Notes: a model not told the origin generated them from the sequence alone. A stretch of DNA of 64,000 bases from the human T2T-CHM13v2.0 reference genome, Homo sapiens (GCF_009914755.1 NC_060927.1); one strand, 5' to 3'. Positions 36,628-59,359 are shown, counted from the stretch's first letter. Made by a program: numbers and translations.

Positions 36628-37533
36628 AGCCTAAAAGTCAGTCAATAGAGAATTAAATAAACCATAATATATTCACATAATGGAATATTACGTAGCAATA
36701 AAAAGAAACAAACCAGTGATAGATGCAAAACATGGATAAATGTTAGCAATATTATACTGAATAAAAAGAAGCCAAACACAAAAGAGTACATATTATGTGA
36801 TTCCATTTTTATGAAATTTAAGAACAGGCAAAACTATGGAAACAGAAATCAGAAGAATGGTTGCCAGAATCATGGTGGAGGTACAAGCAACAGAAGAGGA
36901 AAAGACACAATGGTTGAGTCATATACTTGAGTCACATAAAAAAGAAAAATGAATTAATTAAAAATATATTAAATTCTTTTGATTTTTTTAAAAGATAAAA
37001 TGAAAACAAGGAAAATTTCTGGAGCATGACAATATGTTACTCTAGTCAGAGCTCATCTAACTTTACTCTTAAGATTGCCTGTTTAATGTAACTATATGTC
37101 AATAAAAATCACAAACAAATCAATAAATGAGTTAAAATTCTCCTAAAGACTATGGAAAGGGGCATTTATTCCTTTCTCTTCCATTGAAAACCACTAAAAA
37201 CAACAACAAAAAAGTTGAGTAGTGGAAATGCGGCAAGATACTTGCACAGCCTCAAACACTACACAAAGTATGAGCAAATATTTAGCAAATATGGTGAACT
37301 TTAAGCCAACCACAGAGCACAGTAAGGCTGACATATGCCACTTCCAATCTCAAACAGGATTTCGATTTCCCAAAATTTAAGTATCACTTAACTTTTGCGA
37401 ATATCAAAAAACAGTATAAACCCATATATATGGAAATATGCTTTTTTCTAGAAATAAATGAAAAAAACTCATTAATAGTGGTTGCCTTTAGAGAAAAAGG
37501 ACAGAACGAGATTTTATTTGCTTCATTTTATAC

Positions 37534-37832
37534 TTTTTTTTTTTTTTTTTGAGACAGGGTCTCATTGTTTCCCAGGCTGGAGTATAGTGGCACAATCATA
37601 GCTTTCTTTAATCTTGAACTCCTGGGCTCAAAGGATCCTCCCACCTCAGCCTCCTGAGTAGCTGGAACTACAGGTGCACAAGACCACGCCTAGCTTATTT
37701 TTTAATTTTTAGTAGAAACAGGATCTCGCTATATTTCCTAGGCTGGTCTCCAACTCCTGGGCTCAAGAGATCCTCCCACCTCAGCCTCTCAAAGTGCTAG
37801 GATAACAGGTGTGAGCCACCACACACAGCCCA
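37534..37832 (-). mobile_element. AluJ
   Basis: Reverse diverged Alu. Confidence 0.87.
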
Positions 37833-38066
37833 CCTTGTATCTTTCTACACAGCCCAAATTTTCTAACCTTATGCAAATATATTATTTTCTTTTTAAGTAA
37901 ACAGAAGTCACCTGGTCTCCTTTATTGTTTCCCTTTTTATGTACTCTTTGTATCCAATACAAACCAACAAATGTATTATTTAATAACAAAATTTCTAAAT
38001 GTTCTTTTACACTAATTTTAAGCAAGGAATACTGAGGACAAATCTCTCCTCCAAGAACAAATTTTA

Positions 38067-38716
<650 letters not shown>

Positions 38717-38747
38717 TTAAAACACGTTATCCTAAAATAAATGCTAC

Positions 38748-38985
38748 AGTTATGGACTGAATTGTATTCCCCCAAAATTCATATGTTGAAGCCCCAACTC
38801 CCAGGGCCTTAAAAGGGGTTGAGTGAGGTCATGTGGGTGGAGTCCCAATCCAATAGGACTAATGTCCTTATAAGAAGAAGAGACACTAGGGGTACGTGTG
38901 CCCAGAGAAAAAGCCGTCTGCAATCCAAGTAAAGAGGCCTCAGAAGACAACCCTGCCAGCACCTTCATCTTGGACTTCCACATTC
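38748..38985 (+). mobile_element. MLT1-type (ERVL-MaLR) LTR fragment
   Basis: gttatggactgaattgt...cccccaaaattcatatgttgaag...gtccttataagaaga...ccctgccagcaccttcatcttggacttcca. Confidence 0.75.
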
Positions 38986-38988
38986 CAA

Positions 38989-39680
38989 GGCCAGGCATAA
39001 TGGCTCATACCTCTAATCCCAGCACTCTGGGAGACCAAAGTAGGAAGACTTCTTAAGGCCAGAAGTTCAAGACAAGCCTAGGCAACATAGCAAGATCCCA
39101 CCTCTACAGAAAAAAAATTTTAAGTAGCCAGGCACCTGCTTGTATTCCCAGCTACTCAGGAGGCTGGGCAGCAAGATCACTCGAGCCCAGGAGTTCAAGG
39201 ATTCAATGAGCTATGAGTGTGCCACTGCACTCCAGTGTGAGCAACACAGACCCTGACTCTAAAGAACCTAAATGCCCTTCCATGGTAGTTTAGATAAAGA
39301 AAATGTGGTAGATATACACCACAGAATACTATGCAGCCATAAAAAAGAATGAGATCATGTCCTTTGCATGGATGAAGCTGGAGACCATTATCCTCAGCAA
39401 ACTAACACAGGAACAGAAAACCAAATACTGCATGTTCTCACTTATCAGTGAGAGCTGAATGATCAGAACACGCGGACACATAGAGGGAACAACACACACT
39501 GGGGCCTTTCAGAGGTTGGAGGATGGGAGGAGGGAGAGGAACAGGAAAAATAACTAATGGGTACTAGGCTTAATATCTGGGCGATGAAATAATCTGTACA
39601 ATAAACCCCCATGACACAAGTTATCTATGGAACAAACCTGCACTTGTACCACTAAACTTAAAATAAAAGTTAAAAAACAA
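38989..39680 (+). mobile_element. AluJ (38989-39264) followed by an older L1PA 3' end
   Basis: Alu body then L1 3'UTR with A tail. Confidence 0.82.
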
Positions 39681-40142
39681 AACACAAAAAACTGCTATCT
39701 TAATCCTTATTCATCAAAGTCTGATTATAATGTTTAAAAATGAGATAAAGTCCAGATTTATAATCAAAATAGCTTTTGAAATATAGTTATATTACTCCTT
39801 AAAACATACATTTTAAAACTTAAAATGGGTCAAGTGCATAAGAACAAACAATTCTATAAACATTATCGTTTTAGTAAACTTAAAACAGAATTTATTTTAC
39901 AATAAGATTTAAATTTCATGAAGAAATCAATTATGCATAATTATATATACATAGTTTTAAACGAAGAGCCTAACCTCAAAGTATCATTTCAACATGCCAA
40001 AAATGAACTAAAATCTGCAATCAAATAACACAAGAAAACCAAAAAAGGGACATATCAGAAAATAAACATTCAGTTTTATTACAATATTTTAAACATACCA
40101 AATAAAACTGTATACTTAAAATAAATTAATTTTATTTACCAC

Positions 40143-40238
40143 CTGCAAAGGGAGAGTCCAGCGTTCTGAGCTTCTGAATTTGGACAGTGGTGATTGAACA
40201 TGGACATCCTCTGGTTTTGCATTTAACATCTTTCTTAT
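40143..40238 (-). CDS. SENP7: SENP7 coding exon 3 (96 nt; [32 protein letters not shown])
   Basis: ttttcag|ATAAGA...TTGCAG|gtggta. Contained in ORF 40116..40328; phase 0/0. Confidence 0.95.
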
Positions 40239-40859
40239 CTGAAAATAGGATGAGAAAATAATTAGTTTAATTGAACTATATACAAGAGCTAATTCAGCTA
40301 ACAGAACCACTATATTACCCTGCATCAATAATTTGCTAACTGTTTTAAGGAGTTTTAAATTCAGTGCTTAATTTATATGTAATTAAATATAATTTTATTC
40401 ACAAAAAACCTCTCCTTGACTCTGAAAGTCAAATGAAAGTTGAATGAAGAATCAGAAGAGCTTCCTAACTATTCTCTTGTCTGCTGTCTCTTCCCCTTTT
40501 AACCTTTCAAATGTCAGCCCCAGAGTTCTCTAATACATAAAACCTAATTATGGCTGCAATACTTAAAATTCAACAATGGTAGCCATTACTTACAGATAAA
40601 ACTCTTAACAATTGTAAAACTCTTTACCATTTGGGCTCTTTCACATCACATCACTACAAAACTACAACCCAACCACAATGAATGAAATCAACCTTCTTCA
40701 AACACATCATATTATTTTATATCTCTAAACCTTTGCATATACTCTTCCCACAATCTAGAATGCTCTTCCTTCTCTCCCTAGTGAAGTACTCCAGATTCTT
40801 GTCAAAATTACTATTTTATCTATACAACCATCATGCCATACCACGCATTCCTGGAACAG

Positions 40860-42185
40860 AATCAATGGAACAGACCAATGGAACAGAACAGAGAACTCTG
40901 AAATAAGACCACACACCTACAACTATCTGATCTTCGACAAACCTGACAAAAACAAGCAATGGGGAAATAATTCTCTATTTAATAAATGGTGCTGGGAGAA
41001 CTGGCTAGCCATATGCAAAAATTGAAACTGTACCCCTTCCTTATACCATATACAAAAATTAATTCAAGATGGATTAAAGACTTAAATGTAAAACACAAAA
41101 CTATAAAAACCCTACAAGAAAATCAAGGCAATACCATTCAGGACATAGGCACAAGCAAATATCTCATAACAAAAATGCCAAAAGCAATTGCGATAAAAGC
41201 AAAAATTGATAAATGGGATCTAATTAAACTAAGGAACTTCTGCACAGCAAAAGAGTGAACAGACAACCTACAGATTGGGAGAAAAATTTGGCAGTCTATC
41301 CGTCTGACAAACTCTAATATCCAGAGTCTACAAGGAACATAAATTTATAAGAAAAAAAATTCCCATTAAAAAGTGGGCAAAGGATATGAACAAACAGTTC
41401 TTAAAGGAAGACACACATGTGGCCGACATCACTGATCATTAGAGAAATGCAAATCAAAACGACAACGAGACACCATCTCACACCACTCAGAATGGCTATT
41501 ATTAAAAAGTCAAAAAACAACAGATGCTGGCAATGTAGCAGAGAAAAAGGAACACTTTTACACCACTGCTGGGATTGTAAATTAGTTCAACCATTGTGGA
41601 AGACAGTGTGGTGATTCCTCAAAGACCTAGAGGCAAACATACCATTTGACCTAGCAACACCATTACTGGGTATATACCCAAAGGAATATAAATCATTCTA
41701 TTACAAAGATATATGCATGCACATGTTTGCTGCAACACTATTCACAATAGCAAAGACATGGAATCAACCCAAATCCCCATCAATGATAGACTGAATAAAG
41801 AAAATATAAAACATATATACATAGGATACTATGCAGCCCTAAAAAGGAACACAATCGTGTCTTTTGCAGGGACATGGATGGAGTTGGAAGCCATTATCTT
41901 CAGCAAACTAATGCAGAAACAGAAAACCAAACAATGCATGTTCTCACTTTTAAGTGGGAGCTGAATGATGAGAACAGATGGACACAATGGGGGAACAACA
42001 CACACTGGGGCCTGTCAGACCGGTAGAGGGAGCATCAGGAAGAATAGCTAATGGATGCTGGCCTTAATATCTAGGTGATGGGTTGTTCTTGCAGCAAACC
42101 ACCATGGCACACATTTACCTATGCAATGATCCTACACATCCTGCAAGTGTACCCCGAGCTTAAATAAAAGTCGAAGAAAAAAATG
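40860..42185 (+). mobile_element. 5'-truncated older L1PA
   Basis: ORF2 C-terminal peptides 40986..41258 and 41417..41614; 3'UTR. Confidence 0.88.
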
Positions 42186-42530
42186 TTCACCACTGTTTCC
42201 CTGGTACTTATGCCTAACACAGTGTCCAATACATGTTGAATACCCAATAAATATCTACTGACCAATGCTTTAATAAATTAGATTTCAGAAAATAATGTTC
42301 ATGATATATAGGTAAGTAGGAAAAAAGATTACAAGACAGTATTTTGTGGTTTTCTATTTTTTAATATGTTTCTTATAAAGAGACAAATAAACTAGAAGGA
42401 TACACACCAAAGTATTAATTCTGGTTGTGCCTGGGTGGCCTTAATTCACCCAGTGAAATAAGTTCTTAATTGAACTTTAGAATATCTCTACAACAATCTA
42501 GTGTCATTTTAGAAATATTTCTTAAACATG

Positions 42531-43221
<691 letters not shown>

Positions 43222-43329
43222 TAACTTATTTCCACTAGCAGCCTGGAGGGAAAAGGCAGTAATATAAACTACTAACAATAATGAAATATGCTAATTTTCT
43301 AAGAAAGTCTACCTTTTTTAAACACACTA

Positions 43330-45430
<2,101 letters not shown>

Positions 45431-45616
45431 AAACACTGTAGTACATCTAAAAATCAGAGAAATGGATTAACTCAGTATTAATTTCTAATGGCAGGATTTC
45501 AGATTAATTGCATGAATAATGCAATAGTCTAAAGCACGATATTTCACTTCACTGGATATAATAAAAACAAAAATAGTGGTAGTTAATACAGAGGTATTTC
45601 AAAGTAGATATGATAG

Positions 45617-46193
<577 letters not shown>

Positions 46194-46543
46194 ACAAGAT
46201 TTTTTTTAACCTCCTATTTACCCCACTTAAACTAAATCCAGAGTTTTAAATGGAGAAACCACACCATGCAAATCTTAAGCCAAAAAAGAAAGTGTATCTA
46301 AAGCCATACTTTCTATATGGTCTTCTAAGGTACTCTTGATTTCCTCTCATTGTCTTCCTTTATGACTTCTTCTCCTTCTTTGTTAAATGCTATAACTATA
46401 TAACATGAAGACGTATCATATTAAAGTTCTCTGTGCATAACTTAGACTGCTTCAGAGAAAAGGGTTTAATAAATTCTTATAATGTAAATCGGGATATTAC
46501 TGCATTTAAAGAACAAAATTCTAGAAAAAAAATTATCTCTATA

Positions 46544-46830
46544 TGCCAGGTATGGTGGCTTATGCCATAATCCCAACACTTTGGGAGGCCAAGGCAGGAG
46601 GATTGCTTGAGGCCAGGAATGTGAGACCAGCCTGGGCAACATAGCAAGACCCCTGTCTCTACAAGAAAAAATTAAAATTAGCTGGTCATGGTGGCACATC
46701 CCTGTATTCCCAGCTACATGGGAGGCTGAGGCAGGAGGATCCCTAAAGCCCAGGAGTTCAAGGCTGCAGTGAGCTGTACTTGAGCCTGGGCAACAGAGCA
46801 AGACCCTGTCTCTTAAAAAAAAAGAAAAAG
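46544..46830 (+). mobile_element. AluJ
   Basis: Dimeric Alu, TSD aaattatct/agattatct. Confidence 0.87.
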
Positions 46831-47339
46831 ATTATCTTTCTTAAAAGGAATTAATTTTTTAAAACACTTCCTATATAGGTAGAAACTTCATTTTGTTTGT
46901 TTTGCTACTCTTGGCTTACGTAGAAGAAATAAATGAAAAAAAGAGGCTTAAAAGGACATATTCCCAATAGTAATGTTCAGCACATACCTTGAGTACAACT
47001 ACTCTGCATCTATAGCATTACTAATGAATGCACATTGGTACTCTAATAGATTAAGTCATCAAAGAAATGTTGTGCTATGTTTTAAATAAAATCTAAAATG
47101 AGCTCTGGAAAGTATACTGGTCATCTGGTCCAGAAAGTATACTAGTCAACTATTTAAACAAAGTTGGTAGAAAAGTCTCCTGGTTAACCTTCAGTTAATT
47201 AGAATACACCACTCTCCCAAAACACTGACTAAAGTTTTATACTATTTTCTTTAAAATGTTATTAAAAAGACAAACAGCAAAATACTTTCAATATCAGTAA
47301 CTCCAAAGATAATACGTTAAAAGCAAAACAAATGCATAC

Positions 47340-47389
47340 CTCCGATAAATCAGAAGATGACTTTTTCCTTTTTCCTTCTGTGATGATTT
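47340..47389 (-). CDS. SENP7: SENP7 coding exon 2 (50 nt; (E)IITEGKRKKSSSDLSE)
   Basis: tttttgtag|AAATCATC...TCGGAG|gtatgc. Phase 1 in, phase 0 out, consistent with exons 1 and 3. Confidence 0.95.
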
Positions 47390-48099
47390 CTACAAAAACC
47401 AAAGACGTGGTAAAAATTATCGTTTAACATCTAAATGAGATAAACAGTTTGACAAAGGAGATTCTTTCACATTCATCCTTTGTTTTAAATTAACTTGTTA
47501 GATTTAGAATTTACACATTTTACAGAAACTGAAGGGCTAAACATAAAAGTCAAAAAATAACTACATGTGTCAGAAGAATAGCAGATTCTCACAAAATGTC
47601 CCCAGTAAAATATTTATATATATAAATATATATATAATGACAATAGAAAAGAAAGAGGAAAACTTGGCTCTAAGAACTAAACAGAAATTCCCTGACCAAA
47701 GACCTCACACCTAGTAGTAGAACCATTTGATCAGACAAATTCTTATAATGGGGGAGGTAGAAGCAGGTGAAATTCTAGAAGTTAGAAGTTGAGAATATTC
47801 TATAAAAACACTTTCAGTTCTACTACATATCTAAGCATGCTGGGCAACTGGGAACAGCTTAACTCTCTTTTACTCACCAACATTTTTCAGACTTGCTGTG
47901 GATTTTTCTGAGTTATAACTTCCAACCAGCAAACATTAATTCAATGTCTATTATGTGCCTGACACTGTGCTAGGCAATGAGTACAGTATAGTGGGCAAAT
48001 TAGGCAGTACAGTATAGTGGGCAAATTCCAAACTTTCCTGGAACTTAGAGTCTACTGGAATATATCACAGATTTTACTAAAAAAATAAATGGCAGAGAT

Positions 48100-49925
<1,826 letters not shown>

Positions 49926-49927
49926 GG

Positions 49928-50773
<846 letters not shown>

Positions 50774-50889
50774 TCAAATAATTTAAATAAACTAGTACTC
50801 AAGTTGACTACCAAAAATAAAGAATTTTTTAAATAAGTGATAAGAAAGTATCCTGTAGAAATTCATTTTCTAGTCAATTTTAAATTTAA

Positions 50890-51620
50890 CAAAACACATA
50901 TCTACATATACACAATGGAATACTATTCCGGAATGAAAAAGGAATGAACTCACGTCTTTTACAGTAACACAGAACTGGAGACCTTCATCTTCAGTGAAAC
51001 AACTCAGATTAGAAGCTCACACCTATAATCCCAACACTTTGGGAGGCCAAGGCAGGATGACTGCTTGAGCCCAGGAGTTTGGGACCAGCCTGCACCACAT
51101 GGTGAGACCCTGTCTCTAAAAATATTTATTTGAATTAGCTGGGTACAGTGACACCACCTGTGGTCTCAGCTGCTTGGGAGGCTGAGGTGGGAAAATCGCT
51201 TGAGCCCAGGAGGTCAAGGCTGCAGTGAGGCATGTGGAGAATCGCTTGAGCCCAGAAGGTCGAGGCTGCAGTGGGCCGTTTTTGCACCACTGCACTCCAG
51301 TCTGGACGACAGAGCGAAACCATTTCAAAAAGAAAAAGAAAAAAGAAAAAAAAAGAACTCAGAAAGTCAAATACCACATATTCTCACTATAAGTAGGGGC
51401 TAAATAATGTGTATACACATGGACATAGAGTGTGGAATAACAGTCATTGAAGACTTGGAAGGCTAGGAGCAGTGCAGTGAGGGATAAGAAATTACTTAAT
51501 GGGTACAATGTACACTATTCAGGTGATGATTACACTAAAAGCCCAGATTTCACCACCACACAATATACCCATATAACAAAGCTGTACTTGTAACCCTTAA
51601 ATTTATACAAATAAAAAAGT
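50890..51620 (+). mobile_element. L1MA 3' end with an inserted AluJ (51014-51356)
   Basis: L1MA-type 3'UTR; TSD aactcaga. Confidence 0.8.
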
Positions 51621-51899
51621 ACATGTCATTTTAAAAGGAATGTCAGTTTCTTAAATTTTAATTTACAAATTTATATCCCAAAAATATCTCACTGGGTTAA
51701 AAGTGCTTCCATCCTGTTTTGTAGTATGTTCCCCTATTTCCTTTCATTAATGCTACTGTGAATTCCCAAATATTTATGTTTTTTTCTTCTTGGCCAACTT
51801 TGTCTAATAAAAAAATTTACAATTTTTTTATAGCTGACTTGCTCCATCTTATACCAGGTTAGCTCTGGAGTGTTTAAATAAGCATATGATGTGCCTCGA

Positions 51900-52130
51900 C
51901 TTGAGACTGTATGGTATAGTTACCATGCTCAAGAGTACATATTTTAAAGCTAGACAACCTAAATTTGTATCTCGGCTTACTAGTTGTGACTTCTCTGAGT
52001 CTCAGTTTCTCATCTGTAAAATGGCGGAGAATATCTGCCTTTTTAATCGTTCAGATTAAAGCATGATAGTCCATATTAAGGCATTTAGCATTATGACTAA
52101 CACATAGTTAGTGCAAAAGAAATGGTAACT
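51900..52130 (+). mobile_element. MIR relic
   Basis: MIR core ctctgagtctcagtttctcatctgtaaaatgg. Confidence 0.65.
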
Positions 52131-52193
52131 ATAACATTTTATAGTCAAGTATCTCCCTTTAAAAGACTGTAGTATATTAGCATTAGCATATAG

Positions 52194-52598
<405 letters not shown>

Positions 52599-52996
52599 TA
52601 ATAGTAATTATCATTGCCTGGAATTATGCTAAGTGCTTTACACAAATTATTTTCCTTAATCCTTATATCATGAAATCAATAATGTATAATCTCCATCTTA
52701 TAGATTAAGAAATTAAGATTTGAGGAATCCAAATAACTTGCCCAACGTTACCATAGTGATCCATCACCGGTCATATTCCAGAGATGGTACTCTAAACCAG
52801 TACACTCTAGGCATACTGGATGCTATGGGGAAATAAAATTAATGACAGTCCCTGTCACAGTGTTAATAGTATAGAAGTAGACATTAGACAACTCAGCAAG
52901 CTAGAATATATGATAGAATCTGATAATTATCATATAAGAGGCATAAAGACCAACAGAAGTGCAGAAACAGGCATAAATTTAAGTTTGAATTAATCA

Positions 52997-53344
<348 letters not shown>

Positions 53345-54032
53345 GAGCTGGGCTTTGAAGAATAAGGTTTAGACAGGCAGAAATGGGTGGAGCCAGGCAC
53401 AACCCAAGGGTGATTTACCAATACGAGCACACACGAACTAGGATGAAGCAGACCACATCAGCCAGATTCATAAATTACTGAAAACCCAAATGAAAGTTAT
53501 TCATCAGGAAGGCATTATAACAGAATTCTAGTCTGGATCTTTGGAGCTACTCAATCTTATTCATAACCCATTCTCTGTGTTACCATACCCCCTTAATTTA
53601 CTTTTCAATCCTCTGCCTTCCATCATCAAGCCTAGGAATCACCACCAAGGTGTCAATCCCTATAGCCTATCACCTTCTTATTATCACACCTCATATAATT
53701 GAATTCTACCCCCTCATCTACATCTTCTTCATCTCTTCCCTAGTTTACCAAATTCTTTTCCAAAGTCAATACAGTTTCCTTAAATTTTGAATATTTTCCT
53801 TGAATTTCTCCTCCACCTTAGGTTAACTAAATCCTAGCTTTTTATTAGATATATTACTTTGTTAAAACTCTCCCACTTATAAAACAGAAGTAGAGATGAA
53901 CAATCTCCATTGTTTCCTTTGGGGGGAAGACAAAAAAAAATCTCCTTCCCCACCGCCACCATCTCCCATTAATATTCTAACTTTATTACAATAATTCCTC
54001 CTTTAAAATTAACATAAATTGGATACATTCCT

Positions 54033-54898
<866 letters not shown>

Positions 54899-56832
54899 TT
54901 ACAGCTTTAAGGAAAACTCTCAAGTTCTCAAATGCAAACCTTTCATTCTATATACTGTCTTCCTCACTGCCACTAAATCCACTCTTTGCCCTTATATCTT
55001 GCCACACCCTTTAAGTAAAATTAAACTCATTTTTCTTCCAAACTCTTGCTCTTGTACTGCTTGGCACTACTAAGTCACAAAGTACTAACAGCTCCAACTA
55101 CTATAAAACTCACACTTGCTATAACTAAGACTGCAAGAGTACTTAATATATATTCATCCCTAATTGACCTATCTTGCATTCCCAGTACCATTTAAAAGCC
55201 CCTTTCTCAAAAAATTACCTTATTTCATTTTAGAAGCCAAAACTGCAATATCTTTAGCTTCTCAAGATCTGTCTATATCTTTATCCATCTTTTCTCCTTT
55301 CCCTATATCTCACCAAACTGTTCTTTGATGTCATCCCTCTCTCCCATTTCTTCTGGGACCTCACTCCATTATCTCCTACCTGATATATATTCAATCTTTC
55401 CCTCTCCACCCCTTTCCCACTCCCTACCAACCTGATTTAAGTCTCTCATATTCTTAAAAAAAACAAGCCTTTCTACCTAATTTCCTACTCAAGCTTGTTC
55501 TAGAAATATTTCCTTCCCATCTCATTTTCCCAGCTTACTTTTGCTGCCCCATTTCCTCACTGCCACTCATTCCTCTAGCCTGTTGAAATCTGGCTTTTGT
55601 CTACTAGTCTACTAACCACTCTTACCATCAGTAAAAGTAGCCTCCTAATTGCCAAATCCAGTACCCTCATGCTACTTTAACTCTCTGAAAGGCTAACATT
55701 TTTTTTACTCTCCTCCCTTTCTTCCCGAACCTGTCACAATCCTAATCAGCCTATCTAACTGCTTAGTAATATCTCTTCCTCCCCACTTTGAAATTAGTTG
55801 TATGTGATTTAAGACCTTCCTCACTCTATACTATTTTTTGTGGGCAATTCCATTCATTCCAATGACTTCAACTAAGATTGCTGCAAATAATGCAGCTTTA
55901 TCATAACTAATCGTTAAGTTCTCATCTTGAGCTTCAATTATCATTCATTACACTTTCAATGCAAAGCAAACATCACCTGGACCTACTGAAAGATTTAAGA
56001 AAGTTATACCATCAGGGACACTAGTAGCAGTAAATGAAGTTAAAACTATAGATTTTGTAATTAGAGACCACATTTTGAATTCTGTTCCTTACTAGCTATT
56101 ACTAATCTTTATCCTGCCCCTAAATCCCGGTTTTCTCATCTGTAAATGAAAAACAATTACCTTATAAGGCTTTTGAAAATATTGAAGTTTGTGAAGTTCT
56201 TAGCACAATGTCTAGTGCCTAAGTACTTAAAGAACATACGTTATCCTTAACTACAAATGAGAGTGACACAGGCCTCCAAGAATGTTGCCTGAAGCAATCA
56301 GTTGAAAACTGGTTCAAATTTACTTGACGTTTCCTATTTTGATTCAAAAATTCACTTGAAAATTGCAGTCTATGATTCTAATTTATCTGTGCTGTATTTT
56401 TGTTGTTTAACACTTTTAATGGTCATTCTCCCTTGCTCCCAGACACTTTATCATTCAACTTCAGTGAACCTGTCTCTGATGCCAGCCGTTTTTTAATGTG
56501 TATCACCATCTAATATACTGCTTTAAATGTTATAGTTATCAGTTACATGAGTTACAAATACATGTGTTTAGCTTAAACCATCTGGAATTGGGTTTCTGCT
56601 ACTTGCAACTGAAAAAGTTTTGAGCGGTACACTGTGAACATTTTACAGTTCTTCCTTGTTTAGCAGAAAGTTTAGGGCAGCCTAATGTAGTCTCACAGAT
56701 AAAACTTCAAATTTTGTGTTTTATTTTATCTTTCTACTGCTACCCACCTTCCTTCTACCTCTTCTTCCTGTTTTATTAATCAAACTCTTCTGCATACTTA
56801 GGAAACTTTGATGACTATAAATGTCACTTCAT

Positions 56833-57132
56833 GGCCGGGCGCGGTGGCTCACGCCTGTAATTCCAGCACTTTGGGAGGCCGAGGCAAGTGGATCACCTGA
56901 GCTCAGGAGTTTGAGACCAGCCTGGCCAACACTGTGAAACCCCATCTTTACTAAAAGTACAAAAATTAACCGGGCATGGTGACAGGCACCTGTAATCTCA
57001 GCTGCTAGGGAGGCTGAGGCAGAAGAATCGCTTGAACCTGGGAGGCAGGGGTGGTAGATTGTGCCACTGCGCTCCAGCCTGGGCAACAGAGCGAGACTCC
57101 ATCTCAAAAAAAAAAAAAAAAAAAAAAAAAAA
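56833..57132 (+). mobile_element. AluS
   Basis: TSD gtcacttcat. Confidence 0.9.
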
Positions 57133-58055
57133 GTCACTTCATTTGGGTTCCAGTTAGCAACAACTTACAATGAAATGGCAACTGCATGCCTACAACCACT
57201 ACACGGAATCTTTCAACCAGCCAATGTTTTATTTCTGAGAATTTATTCAGGAAATTAAATATACGCTATTAAGAAAAGCAGAAGCATACTTAAAAATTAA
57301 TTAGTGCACATCTTAAAACTAGAGGCATACTGGAGAACAGCTAGGTAACATTAGATTTGGGTATGGATTTTATTATACCTTACTTTTCAGAAAGGACAGC
57401 TCCAAAAGAGAGATCACGAGAAAAAGAAAACGCTCTCTAGAGATATAACTAACGTAAATATCAATGTCTTTTAAGGATTAACAGCTTTATTATCAAAATC
57501 CACTTCCCACAACTACTTACATCAAGTTACTGTGACAAATAAATAAATCTAAGTGTAATCAGGTAAAAAGGAACGTGACTTGTTGAATTACAAGGCAAAT
57601 ATCTTACCTTCCCTCCTCAAAAATGTATTAAACCTAGATGAAATGCATTTATTTAAAAAAGGTTGTGCATCTCAAAGGAAGATATGATCACACCTAAAGT
57701 TCTGTGTTAGGAAGCCCGCAAATGACACGAGCTAAGCATTGTGCGTTTTCCTAATGTGTCCATTTTACTTAGAGGTTTGGTGGGGGGTGGAGACTATTAA
57801 AACACTCATCAGTTGGAGGCATATACCTACATGTATGTATAAATATACATATATATCATTTATACATGTGCTTTCAAAGGAAAAAACTATTATCTCCAGA
57901 ATATACACCAAGAACATCGATAACATTGGTTGCATATGAAAAGGGATTTCAGGTTTTCAACTGCTTCAAGCAGTGTCCCCAGAGATCCATAATCACTCTC
58001 CTTTGCAATTAAGGCTGAAAGCAGTTTGAGATGCACTGCCACAGGGCACTCCTAA

Positions 58056-58388
<333 letters not shown>

Positions 58389-59359
58389 AATAAATCTGTA
58401 ATTGTTAACTGTCTCTGCAGAAACCAACGGTACCATCAGAAACAGAAAAATGAAATGAAATAATTGATTCATTGGGCGTTCGTTTGTGTACTGGACTGTA
58501 AGCATATGAGTCCTCGTCCTCTCCTCCTACCATCCATAGGACTTAACACAAGGACTTGAGGACCCCCTAATGGATGAAATGTTTGATAAAAACTTCTCAA
58601 CTGGGAGGAGCTCTACCTCACGTTTTTATAACTCCACTTTCTTGTTTCCAAGACGTTGTACACAAAACTGAAGATAGTCATTTAAAACAAAGTAACGTCC
58701 AAAACAAAAAATATGCTGAAAATAAAAACACAACGAAAGCACGGCTTCAAATCCTTTGTTTGACTTTCCAATCACTTTTGGAAGACGCAGGGGAGGCTGG
58801 AAAAGAAAAAGGCTATTAGGCGGGCCTGTTCAGCAGAACGAGACCCGGAGAGGCATTGTATCAAAGAAAAGGAGTCTCCGGTCGCAAGCCCCACCTTTCC
58901 TCCCCAGCAGCAGCTACCTGCTGAGGGAAAGAGGAGGGAGAGGGGAAGGGACGCAAAGTCGAGAATCAAAGGAAGAGAGGAAAGTGGGGTCAGGCGCTGA
59001 GAAGCCGAAATGAAATTGGAACATTGGTGGAATTACGAGGAAGGCGTGGCAGAGAGTGACAAGCCAACCGGGAAGATCCATGGGCCGATGAGACGCAAGG
59101 AGGGTGTTCGCGGGAGGAGGGAAAAAATAAAAGGGGTTTTGAGGTGAAGAGCGCCCGAGGCTTCGATGACAGCTCGGACCGGGTCTTCGACTCCAGGGGC
59201 GGGGGCGACCCGGGAGCCTTCCATTGTGCGCGCCCCTTCCTCTCCCCGCCCCCGCCCTCGCCCCCGCGGCTTCGGGCCGCAACCCCAGCTGCCGCTTGCG
59301 CCTCCCGTTTCCCCCGGGGTGGAGACAATATGTTCAGCCCTTCTCCGACCCTTTCTCAC

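Noticed and set aside
40116-40328. 70-aa ORF as a standalone gene
   Set aside because: Only 40143-40238 is SENP7 exon 3; the rest is intronic read-through.
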